Shown one piece after another: positions 12,093 through 23,840 of a stretch of DNA of 64,000 bases. Within the stretch, counting starts at the first letter, position 1; the number at the start of each line of letters is the position of its first letter. The DNA is from Catajapyx aquilonaris (Eukaryota), in NCBI GenBank assembly GCA_000934665.2, contig KZ538295.1, forward strand, positions 62,001 to 126,000, read 5' to 3'. Position numbers and translations under genes: made by a program. The notes under the pieces were generated by a model. The model did no database searches. It was not told the origin of the DNA and saw only the letters and a program-made list of their open reading frames with translations.

Positions 12093-12523
12093 TTTTTAAA
12101 AAGCGGGAAAAGCGTCCCGCACCATGAGCTGGAGCCTTGTCGCTGGCGGTGTGGCTTTTCACCAATTCCAGCTCGACCTCTCACATGCTCACGAAAAAGT
12201 CTAACAAGTTTTTCGTGAGAATGTGAATACAGTAGCTGATGTTCCTTAAATATTTGTTGTTGTTTTTTAAATATATATTTTTAAAGGAAATATGGCGGCG
12301 AATCGACTTTGCTTCAAGGACGACGCGACATGACCTCTGCATGTCCCCGTCTGGCCCCGGGGCAGATCATCCTGAGACATTTTTTTAAAAAAGTGAAGAA
12401 TAGGACATGTCCCTCCGGACATGTCCTATTCTTGTCAGATGCCTGGAGTGAATCGGCCCCGTGGCAGCCTGCCCCTTGAGCAATTTGGGAGTCGAGTGCG
12501 ACTTGCTCATAACCAAAGACACA

Positions 12524-12825
12524 AGCTAAGTCTTGAACTTATACAAGTGCACTTGGTGCTTTGCTGGTACGTGATCAAAATCCCACACACATTACGAAAC
12601 AAAAAAAACTGAAAACACACACTGTAGGTTTAAGCTTACATCCGAATTAGTTGAAATGTCTCAACTGGACGTTGGAAAGTCCATGACATTTCAGATGATG
12701 TATAATATGTAAACTAAATCCTGAAACATATGATACATTCCACATGTAACATGCAGTGAAACAGAAGACACAAAGGTAACATTCACAAAATCATGTTGAA
12801 GCACAGTGACATCCACACTGGCATT
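12524..12825. repeat. ~300 bp dispersed repeat, copy A
   Basis: Aligns by eye with 17510-17815 (AGCTAAGTCTTGAAC...GGAAAGTCCATGACATTTCAG...TTCCACATGTAACATGCAGTGAAACA...CTGGCA). Confidence 0.85.
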
Positions 12826-13323
12826 GACATTCCGTTTCACCTAGTTTTTGTAGTTCAAACGACATAACATACTTCAGTTTGTCTAATGTTTTTTGCTCAA
12901 ATGTAACAGTCGTTTGGCCTTCTTGACACTGAACTCGTTGGAACTTTACTATAGTCAGCAGTTTGATATTTTGTACGAGTGTACCGCTCACTGATCGTAA
13001 TGTTTGAGCATATCAATCAATGGGCCGATCTCTAATAATAATATTTATTATCCAGCTCTGCACAAAGAAAACCTTGGAGCCAACACTATACACCACCACA
13101 CACGGACACGCCACTTCAAAGGTAGCTATATTGTCTTTCTAAATAGCAGTATTAATTCCTGGCAGCTTCCTTAGGGTCCCCCAACATCATTCTTCGAAAG
13201 TCATTATCGCACGCATTCAGCAGTAATTCTGAGAATGCTAGCTGCTGGCCTAGATGATTCTCAGCTTCATGTATGCCTCGGCACATATACAGTGTATAGC
13301 AGTGCAAGCATACAGAAGGCAAG

Positions 13324-14846
13324 ATGTTGTTCAAAATGCTGGCCGTGCTCTTCGTTTATTCAGCAAGTAAGTCAGATACGATATCTTACTCCAGTCCGGT
13401 GATAATTATATCATGCCCCTCTCATTGTTACAGTTGGACTGAAAATAACCTACATCGACAACATATTTCCTGGAGAATACCCCTTCTTGGTAAGGATATA
13501 TGCAATCACTATCTTTCAATAAAAGAATGCGAGAAAGGTCGTATAAAACAAATTCGAGTTATACTATTTTGTCCGACAGATTGCTATGCATAACCTCACG
13601 GATCCGGGAATGCATGTATGCAGCGGCTCTGCAATGACAGAGTGGTTTTTAGTGACGTCGTACTTATGCGCCTTGTAAGTAGCCTACACACACATCCATT
13701 GGCTGATGGGTTTAGGGCCGTTTGCACCAGAACAAGGTTTAAGTTCATGCACTGGCTTCCTCTTGTAATTAATTGTTAGTTCATTGTTGCCAACAATATA
13801 ACCAGGACAATCCCTTACATATTCTCACTCTCTGTAAACCGAATCCCATTCCACTATTTGGTTGCTGTATATTTCCAACCCATACACACAAGTTGATCAT
13901 CTGATTTCTTTCAACATGGATGAATTCTGTCAGTCTATTTTATTGATATAACTATCATAATGCCAGGCATTTATGATCGTGTTCCTGGCAATAATAATAA
14001 TAATGCATCGGTGAAATAATAATTGCAGAAACATACATCGTGGATCTGTTGACATCATAGCTGGTGATGTGGCAATTGAGCCTAAATGTCAGATGATCCA
14101 GAAACTGGAAGCTCTGCGATATGCCAAACACCCTTACTTAGATGTGTGCGTAGTTCAGGTGAGTTCTTCCTCCCATCACTTTCGACTCCAATAATAATTT
14201 TATACAGCATGTACCCTCCTCAAAAATGCTTGGATAATTATTTTTCTTTAAGCTGAAAACGCGTCTCATATGGAACGAAGCTGTGCAGTCCCTTACCGAC
14301 AAAGGTTACATGAAAAATCTGAAGAGAACTCTGAATGACCTCAAAAATAGCCAGTGCTTCATTGTTGGCCATGAAAATTCTAACACGGTGACTATAACAC
14401 TATATATTTTATTTTATGCCACATTCAGACATTCATAACATGTCGATAATCTTTTAGGGGTGCCGTGAAAAAACTCGAGTGACCAAGACTTTAGTGGAGG
14501 TATTTGACGACAATCGATGTGACAATGCTGTGTATTACATCCCGGAACATCAAGTATGCCTCACCGGTTACTACTACCCCCGCTGCGTTGTGAGTATTAA
14601 TTTGATAATGTGTAGCCTATAATTATATAGGAATCAATTCATCTCCAGAACTATGAAGGCTCACCACTCATCTGCAACGATACTTGGGCTGGAATCGTCA
14701 CTCCTGGAGCGTGGTGCCAGTGTGAAAGCGCTTTGTTCACATCAACTATCATTTCTGACATATCCGGCTTTGCTTTAGAAACCATGAACATGTTTACTAA
14801 TGATGAAGTGGGTATTAAATTGATGAACCAATACAAAGAAAACTGA
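13324..14846 (+). CDS. Secreted trypsin-fold serine protease homolog (non-catalytic), 7 exons
   Basis: Exons 13324-13366, 13434-13489, 13580-13674, 14029-14158, 14253-14387, 14458-14589 and 14649-14846 splice in frame: signal MLFKMLAVLFVYSAIG, PGEYPFLI, CSGSAMTEWFLVTSYLC, HPYLDVCVVQL, CFIVGH, NYEGSPLICNDTWAGIV. Confidence 0.85.
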
Positions 14847-16560
14847 TCACTTACGGTGTGTAAAATGTCGTGGGTATACAATAGGGCCTACACTGATTCT
14901 CTGCAGAGCAATAAATGGCAGTTACAAATTAGGCTATTACTTTCTGTCCAAGTATGAGAAGGCCCTGATTGAATGTTTTTATTATTATTACCAGGTTTTT
15001 TTTTCAGCGCTGAAGTAAGGCAGTTCAGCGACGAGACCGGTTACTTCCAAATAATGTCTAAACTTGTGTCTGCTTGTGCTCCTCACACTTACATAATTAT
15101 TATCAAGTGAAGTTTAAAAACATATAGTTACCTGACCTGTACATTATGAGTCAATGCCGCACCCAGGGAGTGGTAAGCTGCAAGCAAAATCAATGTTAGC
15201 AAAGCATAAGAGTGATAATTACAATAATAATGATTTAATGGTAGAGATGTTCACACAATATGTTATACACAGTTTAGTGTTTTCATCTTTTAACATCCCC
15301 ATAGAAGATAATTATTATGATAAAAGTGAACCAACTACAATCCCTTTTGAATAGTTGAGCAATGTTGACCAGTTCAATAGTATATTGCAGTGGGTGCAAA
15401 ACTATTCAATCCCACTTACCAACAGTATTGTACCCTAAATATTTGTCATTAAACTAAAAAGGGTATTGAATTGTTTTCACTAACTAAGTTTAAAGTAGTG
15501 TATGATTTTCACACTTTGGTACAGTACCAAAAGGTTACATATTCGCAATATATTAGTACATCATTCTTATCTGGGTAGTTTTCATCATCAGGCAAAATTA
15601 ATGACAAAAAGCTGTTCCGTGCATCAAATCTATTCTTCCAAAAAGTATGATAATGCTAACATAACTAGACTGTACTATGCTTTTCCACTGACTATATTAA
15701 ATCACACAATTTGTGACTAGGAAATTAGTACAGATTCATTTTATTTGGGTAATTGACAAAATACGAGTAGTAACTCACAATTTCCATAAGCTTTGTTTTC
15801 TATGCAAAATAAAGCCAATTTCAAGTTTAGCCAGCTGTGCAATACACTGTACTTTTAACAAATCATCAGTAAATATTAACTTTTAACAATGCTTCACACT
15901 ACAAAATCATACATGAATTACATATGTATGCAATGAAAGGAAGACAATGACACTACAGGTAAATTCTCACAAATAACGTGAAAGACTGCAAAAGATACAA
16001 ATGTGTCATGGTAGGTGATTTGGATCTAAAGACCACATGAGCTTTTTAGCATAATGAACACAGAAAAGCCTGCTTTACGGAAGAAAAAAGCCGCCTATGG
16101 TGAAGGGAGAGAAAACACATTCGTGAGGACGAGGCTTACATGCAAGCTTTAATAAGTCAAAAAATATCATGCAGCGTCGTAGAGCACCAATATTTACACA
16201 CACTACATAGACTTCTTTAGCATGTTCAGAGACTTATCCATCAAAAAATAGATATTAAATGTTACATTATCACTAACCGGCATAATTCCACAAGAAATTC
16301 TTATGCACATCGTTTATAAAGACAATATGAAGTAACATGAAACTCTGCACACTGCTCTCTCCCAGAAAATGTAGCACGCCAATGAAATTCATTTCCTGAG
16401 ACAAGTCTCTTAAATAGAAGGGCCATAATCTCACAAATGGAAGGTAATTTACTTGCTGATTCAAAATGTGGAGCAACAAGGCAAATTCAGACGAAGACAG
16501 AGAGATCTTATGAGATGAAATGAGAGTCGATTCTTTGCGTCACAGCGAAAATGAAGCAAG

Positions 16561-18780
16561 TCACTCTTCCTCGCTGGAGGAGCTACTGGAAGAACCCCAT
16601 GATCCAAATCCGTGGTGCTTATGTTTCTTCATCCCATGAACGAGAGCCATCCCTCCCAACCCTGCACCAGCCAGAGGTAGCCCGTACTTCAGCGCCTTCT
16701 TATGCTTCTTGGCCATCTTTTTCTGAAATAACAATAGTTTATCAATTGCATGTTAAGCTCGCCGAATTATAGTACATACCGGGCTCATTCCTTTCAAGGC
16801 TGCTCCTGCCACAGCCGCACCTGCGATAGGGACTGCCATTCCCATCATGCCTTTCCCGCCGCCTCCATGTGATTGACCTGGATACTGTCGGGAAATAAAT
16901 GTAATTTAATATCTAATTTTATATGAGCAGGCGTCCAGATGCTACAAAATACTAAACCAATTCATAGAGTCCAACTAGATTAGTCTAAATACTCTAAAAC
17001 AACAAAGCTGCGAATATGAGTTAGAACATTAACATTCCACACCTGAATTGTCAGGTTAGAATAAACCTCTTACATGTCCGCGCGAAGTTCCGCCAGTGAT
17101 CAACTGCTCAGCCTTTCCAAGGAGGCCTCCCAAACCCCCTTTCTTCTGAGGAGGGTAGCTTCCGTAACCGGGAGGCGGGTACCCTGAAGCGGGAGGATAC
17201 CCGGAAGCAGGTGGGTACCCCGAAGGGGGTGGGTACCCCGAAGAGGGTGGGTATCCTGGTGCAGGTGGATACGCAGATGCGGGAGGGTAAGCTGCAGCCT
17301 GTGCCAGTAAGCCGGAAGAAAAATACAAACATGGCTGCAGACTAAAGGCAGAAGCATACTATTCATATTCCCATACACATTCTTTGACCTTTTCTCATCC
17401 AGATTCTGAGCAATGCTGGTCCATAGAGAGAGAAATTGTGTGCACAAAGATATCATTAATTACTAATGAAAATGCCATTTATGCTGAATTAAAGAGCTTG
17501 GCTTCTCTTAGCTAAGTCTTGAACATATACAAGTGCGCTTGGTGCTTTGTTGGTAAGTGATAACAATCGCACATTACGAAACACAGAAAACAGAAAACAC
17601 ACACTGCAGGTTTAAGAATTAAGCTTACAACCGTATTAGTTGAAATGTCTCAACCGGGCTTTGGAAAGTCCATGACATTTCAGCGTATGTGGATGTAAAC
17701 TTAATCCTGAAACATACGAGAAATTCCACATGTAACATGCAGTGAAACATAAGACACGAAGGTAATCTTCACAAAATAATGATGAAGCACACACACCGTG
17801 ACTTCTACTGGCACTGTAAACACAAAGCTACTGTTCAACATGATGTACTAGCATGCACACAACAGATGAATTATTGAACTGCAATGGTTCCCAATTTTTT
17901 TAAACAACATACTGTTGGTTGACGGCAGTTATTGTCTGTTCCATGCAAGCAACCTTGATTAATACCGACAAAAATGTCATCTTATTGACTGTGCATATCC
18001 AAGACATGTGTGAGAGGGTCATGACCCCAAATGCTAGTAGCATGCAGGTAAAGCCTAAACTTACACCAGATCCAGGTGGGTATGCCGGCTGAGCTGCTCC
18101 ATAACCAGGCTGGGGCGCCGGAGGGTATGCCATTCCTCCAGGTGGCAATGCCGAGTAGGGCGGAGGCGCTGAGGCGGTCCCTGCATAATTTGGAAGAGCC
18201 GGAGGGGCCACAAACCCCATGGACGGATAACCCGCCTGAGAGGAACCACCTTCGATCCCAATGTATGACAAGACCACGTCACCATCAATGGCCAGGTGTG
18301 TCACACTCTCCTGGGGCATCCGATGGGCAAAATCCGGCAAAGGTTGATCATTGATGACCACTCTGTACGAACCAGGCTGACAAGTGATAAGAATACTGAA
18401 GGGTTGGCCCTGGGTGATAGACGTGTTTGGTAGCGTTTCATGTGCTCCCCACGACTGGGCGGTGAGGGAGTTGCGTGCTATGAAGGCGGAAGCGAAGTCA
18501 CAGCTGATATGAAGGGCAATATCGGATCTGGGATTAACGCCAGATCCACACTGGAGATTCACCGCAAACCGCTGGGCTGTGACTGGGGTACTGCCCTGAA
18601 CTTTTAGGGTACGCCCAGGGGCCAAACCGCCATCCAGAGGTCCCACATACGGTACAGCCTGAAAATGAACCTCATTACAAAAATGTAATGACAAAAAGGC
18701 TCTTACTGAATTAAATGCTCTACCGGATTGTACAGTGGCATTGCGCTGCCTCCTCCTCCTCCTCCTCCGTAGTAACTCAT
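16561..18780 (-). CDS. Galectin-like protein: single N-terminal CRD plus Pro/Gly/Tyr-rich and Lys/His/Ser C-terminal tail (380 aa, 5 exons)
   Basis: Exons 18724-18780, 18065-18658, 17074-17298, 16780-16884 and 16561-16722, all phase-0 GT-AG. Galectin motifs YNPAVPYVGPLDGGLAPG, RFAVNLQCG, DIALH, RNS, WG, GQPFSILI, FAHR, LAIDGDV. Confidence 0.9.
17160..17292 (-). repeat. Coding 18-bp tandem repeat encoding (G/A)YPPx(S/P)
   Basis: AYPPASAYPPAPGYPPSSGYPPPSGYPPASGYPPASGYPPPGY in galectin-like exon 3. Confidence 0.85.
17510..17815. repeat. ~300 bp dispersed repeat, copy B (in galectin-like intron 2)
   Basis: Same orientation as, and clearly homologous to, 12524-12825. Confidence 0.85.
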
Positions 18781-19546
18781 TTCCTCTTCCTTGAACTTGA
18801 TGTAGGTCAGCCAACTCTCTCTTCGCAGCCAGGAAATGGCAGCAGATACCACCGATTTGAACAGCCCGGCTTCCCTTCCAACGACGATTCCCAAGTCTAC
18901 TGTCGGCTGACCTCACCCAGCTGACCTCACCAGCATGTGGTCAGGTGACGGTGACGCATCTGACGGTGGGATGACCCTCTCAAGGCCCTCTAAAAAAAAA
19001 GAAAGACGTCACGCTTCGTCTAAAATTGCATCAGGCCCGACAAACTATTGCGAATTTTTTTCGCACATCCGCAGTTCAAATTCCCGCCAGAAGATGGCGC
19101 GCTGGATAGCACGTAGCGGCTGAAACCACAAACTACCAACAGGCTACTTTATTATAACAGCTACATCTTAATAGTTAGCTAACTAAGCAGCTTAAAGTAT
19201 TAGTTTTGTATACACGATAACTGCTACTTTCACACCAGGTAGCTGTTAAGGGTTGATAGCTACTAGTTCGAGAAGCAGAGTTGCTATTTTTGGCTGCCAA
19301 ATACGGTATCGTATCGTAAACTCGCGCACTTGCTTTTTTTTGAGTGTAATTCGTGTAATGCGCAATCGACGTGCAATGGTAATTCATGTGATTGCATCGC
19401 CCGTTGAATCATCACTTGCTCTGCAGATTGGACAGTATCATTTTTGAAGGACCTGGTGAAGTACTTGCAAAATAACATTGCATACACCGTTTCATGCGTA
19501 GTAAGTACGCCAAGTGCTGCTGTGATTATTTCACATTTTCTGGTCA

Positions 19547-21115
19547 ATGATGCAGAAGGCAACTGGGTGCAATGAACAAACGTAAGTATATGTTGAGGGT
19601 GTGTACAGTACAAATTACGCACTGTACGCTCCACGTAATGCGCACATTGGTATATCCTTTAGGTCCGGGAGGCATAAGTCACCTTTGGATGATCCGCCTC
19701 CGTCGTATGACAGTGTCGTCAGACAGCCATCGCCGGTACAGGAAGTAGTAGTCACACAGCCAGCTCCTGTTCGTGGGACGGTTGCAGGCACACCCATGAC
19801 GAAGGAACAGATGAAAGGTACGTAGCAATTAGGAGAGCGCTTTTATTGTTTTGCTGAATTACCAGGTAATCCTCCTTTTCAGATGTGCATGAATAAGTAT
19901 CATTTTTATTTCCACGCTTGTTCATGCAGGTGGATGCTGCGATACCTGTACTATGTGCTGTCACGACTGCTGCGAAATATGCCAGGATATGTAATGCTAC
20001 GGTCTGATTAGTGCCAACTGATGTCATCGCCTGCCAAATATTTATGCACGTAGACTGCACCTAGAAGCCACTCCGCTACAATCGAGGTTAAAAATCAGAG
20101 GATATGGAAGCATCATGGAGGGACAATTTCTCATATGCATGACAACGATGATGGATCTGATAACTGTCACTCTCTGTGTACCTTATTACACTGAAATTCG
20201 TTCGAAGAATGGACCAGGCGTATCTTGTTGCAATCTCTAGTGTTTGTGTAATGCAAAATCTCAAGTGACATAACCCATGTGTCTGGGATGAATGTCACAA
20301 GTGATGCCGTGCCGAAATGAGTTGATTCGAAAAGAAACTCAAACTTTTACTGCCATGTTGTTTTCGTAAGGTTGGGTGCAGCTGTACGATCAGAAAACAT
20401 TGAGCATAACCGTCTCAGCCACTTTATGGTTGAAATGTTTAAGTACTTATAGTGTATACTCAACCATGAGTTTACAATCAATTCAGGTTATTAATGCAAA
20501 TGGATGCGAATGGGTACCTGTAAAACAATGCAACGCCAGCTTCTGTGATGCAATATTTTTAATGTAAAGTGCCATTAAAGAAATGCAATTGACCAAATGT
20601 TAATAACGTTTGTGTCTTGCAGAATCTCAATAATTATTAAATGACTGGTTGCAAGAACACACATGGAGTGTGTTCCAAGTTTTCTGATCCTTTTATAGCT
20701 CTCACAAATCTCGCCTAAGACTGTTATGTTTTTGTGTTGCTCTATATACTGTTGTATGAATTTGTGCCTGCTAAAAAAAATATGCACAATAAAAGCACTT
20801 CTGGTATTTCAGCTTCATTTTTAGTTGCAAATTTTAGGAAGTTTTTCCTATATATTTTCACAGCCTCTTAAATCTGGGAACAAAATATTCAGAGATAATG
20901 GAAAGCTAAAGGATATAATTTAATCACCTCTTTAGCGCATTTCATATTCATATAGCATTGCTTTCAATTATCACTTGTCTCTTAATTTCCAATCCATTCT
21001 TTTGTACTCAGGTTATTGCTGCAGCGGAGAATGCTGCAATGACTTTATGGAAGACTTATGCAACCCCACCACATGTTTCCGAATATGTTTGGGTGGATTA
21101 ACTGGATGCCGCTGA
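19547..21115 (+). CDS. PPxY plus Cys-rich-tail microprotein A (CYSTM-like), with candidate alternative last exons
   Basis: Exons 19547-19581 (start uncertain) and 19663-19817 (LDDPPPSYDSVVRQPSPVQEVVVTQP), then phase-1 exon 19930-19994 (GGCCDTCTMCCHDCCEICQDM*) or 21012-21115 (GYCCSGECCNDFMEDLCNPTTCFRICLGGLTGCR*). Confidence 0.65.
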
Positions 21116-21532
21116 TAGTATTGAGTCGCACGCCGAAGCCTTCCACCTCTACGGCGGACTTTACAGCTTAGCTCTGTCAGTGATTAGTAATTTCCCATAA
21201 TGTAGACGTGGAGCATAATCAAACTTCGTATAAACTCATGTCGTTTTATTTCACTCTACATGAATTCTTTGGGCAACCTGTGTTAGCTCTCTGCCAGGAA
21301 ATCCAATATGAGTCATTCAAATTGCACTGCCATCTGGCTGAGCATCTGAGCACTCCTTGGTAAGAAGACCATCTCTTTCTGATGAACTTGTTGCTGTTAC
21401 CATAGTACCATCCACCCAAACAAAAAACTGCAATCAATATATAGCGTGCCCATATAGCCTACTTAGGAGGCCCCGTAGCTGTTCATTCATACCATAAGAT
21501 CTTACACATTGTATTAAGTGTCCTTTCTTTAC

Positions 21533-21901
21533 ATGTCACTTATGGATGATCCGCCTCCGATGTACATCAGCAGTGCTGCGTCGCCAGCAACAATAGATCA
21601 CAATGATATTATAGTTAGAGAACCAAGTCCAGTTCAAAGGACCGTCACACCTGAAAAGGAGGAACGGAAGGAAGGTGAGAGCTGTACATGGCAGAAGCGT
21701 ACTTGCATGACATGTCACATGGCAGGATCTGCATAATAATTCTCCTTTTGAACAATATATGCCCATAGTACATTAGCATTTTATGCACCTCATGTAGGTA
21801 GATGCCGTGAATGCTACGACACGTGGTGTGAGGACTTGTTTGATGACTGCTGCTTCCACCTTACCCTTCGTTGTTGCTGTGCAATGTGCGAAGACGAGTA
21901 A
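21533..21901 (+). CDS. PPxY plus Cys-rich-tail microprotein B (paralog of A)
   Basis: Exon 21533-21674 (MSLMDDPPPMY...VREPSPVQ), phase-1 intron, exon 21798-21901 (GRCRECYDTWCEDLFDDCCFHLTLRCCCAMCEDE*); shares DNA TGGATGATCCGCCTCCG with gene A. Confidence 0.7.
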
Positions 21902-22223
21902 TGCTACAGGTGCAAGGGACATGAACGAGATTCATCCGAGATATTCCCCATGGTTACGCCTGGAATGGTGTGCGAGCAACTGACCAGTATTGCAGATATT
22001 ATTCTCTATGGTCATAACAAGATGTTCGGGAGAACCGCAAGTTGTGCGACTGCATGGAAATAAATTTAATATGCTAGTATCATATGCAGTAATATTGTCA
22101 ACTTCATAAGCTGAAAACAGTAATAACCCTCTATTTATATCTTGTTGATTTGATACGGCTAGTCGTACGTCAGATAAGATAGATTCTATTTTCAGTATTA
22201 CAGTGAGGTGAGCTTCGATACAA

Positions 22224-23751
22224 ATGGCGGCATCACTCTCAAGCAAACCGAGGCTTCTGTTGAAATCTAGCATAAGTATGACTTGAGTTATTACCAAGGT
22301 TCAGGTATTGACCTAGCCGCGCTTTCATCCTGTATTTTAATTTCCTAATCTGCTCTTCTAATCAGTTGCGTTGTTCTTTTCCAGGGGCATGCAGCAACTT
22401 GGCAAGTAAGTAAACAAGCTGGTGCTATTGCGCCATACAATCCAATCCATCCAATGAACTCGTTAGACCTCTGCATGAGAAATTGTTATTATTTTTGGAC
22501 ATGATACTACCGCAGTTTGTAGTACCAATATATTTACAGCATCCCACGAATGTGTCCTGGCCCAAAAGCATGGAAAGGTGGGAGTGGCCACCCTAAACCG
22601 ACCTGAATCTTTAAATGCCCTGTCCGATCAGCTATGGAGAGACCTGCACAAAGTAATGCAGGGTTTTCAAAAGGACCCTGGCATCGGATGCATCGTCATA
22701 ACTGGATCCGAAAAAGTGTTTGCAGCTGGTTAGTGACACTCAGGCTGAGCTGTTAAATTATTACAGATTTTTTAAAACGTAAATTTGACAGTGCATAGTC
22801 ACATACACACATTATTTGGCAGGAGCGGATATTAAAGAGATGAGTGACTTAACATTCTCCAATGTTTACGAAAAACGAACTGGAAGTTACCGCAACTGCG
22901 TCATGGACTGCCCGAAGCCCGTAATCGCAGCTGTCAATGGATTTGCAGTAATTTCACTTTTCTGGTTATGACACCTGCAAACAAATTACTTTACTACAAC
23001 TAACATAATGATTGTTGCAGTTAGGAGGCGGATGTGAACTGGCAATGTGTTGTGATATCATATATGCTGGTGACGCAGCGCAGTTTGGTCAACCAGAGAT
23101 AAACCTAGCCATAATCCCTGGCTCTGGAGGAACACAACGACTTATACAAGCTGTTGGTAAATCGAAGGCAATGGAAATGTGCTTGTCGGGAAGGCGTATT
23201 GGTGCCGAAGAAGCAAAGCAATATGGTACAATTATTTTACGTAACCCAGAGAAAATTTTGCACGATTACCAATTACGTAACCCACTGGCACTTATTGATA
23301 ATGAATTATTTTTGAAGGATTGGTCAGCAAAGTGTTCCCAGCAGCAAGTGTTCTCCAGGAAGCAATGAAAACGGCAGATGTAATTGCGTCAAAATCGACA
23401 GTCGTAACACAGATGTGCAAAGAAGCAACCAACGTCAGTAAGTTGATGCAATTGGCAACGGAGACTTCAGTAACACAGCTTTTCTAATACGCCCATCGAA
23501 GAGCTCCGATACATTTTCCCTCGTGATAAAACTCACCTTGCGGTGTTGCATTTTGTAGGTTTTGATACGACGTTACAAGAAGGACTTAGATTTGAGAAGA
23601 TAATAGCAGCTTCCGCTTTTGCAACTGTAAGTATTGGAAATTCAATACAAACTGCAAGCGCATGTTAATTGAAAATTATTTACAGGATGATCACAGAGAA
23701 GGAGTGGCAGCCTTTGTTGAAAAAAGGAAACCAGTATTCACAGGGCGATAG
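22224..23751 (+). CDS. ECHS1: Mitochondrial short-chain enoyl-CoA hydratase (multi-exon)
   Basis: [78 protein letters not shown]; both catalytic Glu present; basic Ser-rich N-terminus. 5' exons less certain. Confidence 0.92.
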
Positions 23752-23840
23752 TGTGATGCGAACTTTTTATTTTTGGTGAGATCAACGAGTGATAACATGA
23801 TGTAAAAGTGCATTGTGCATTGTTTCAGCCTTGGTTTCAG

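Noticed and set aside
17510..17815. Intronic snoRNA
   Set aside because: The C-box-like ATGATGA is on the strand opposite the host gene and is not kept in the second copy.
17900..18916. 338 aa galectin ORF taken as a single-exon protein
   Set aside because: Reads through UTR and introns; splice signals support the 5-exon model starting at 18780.
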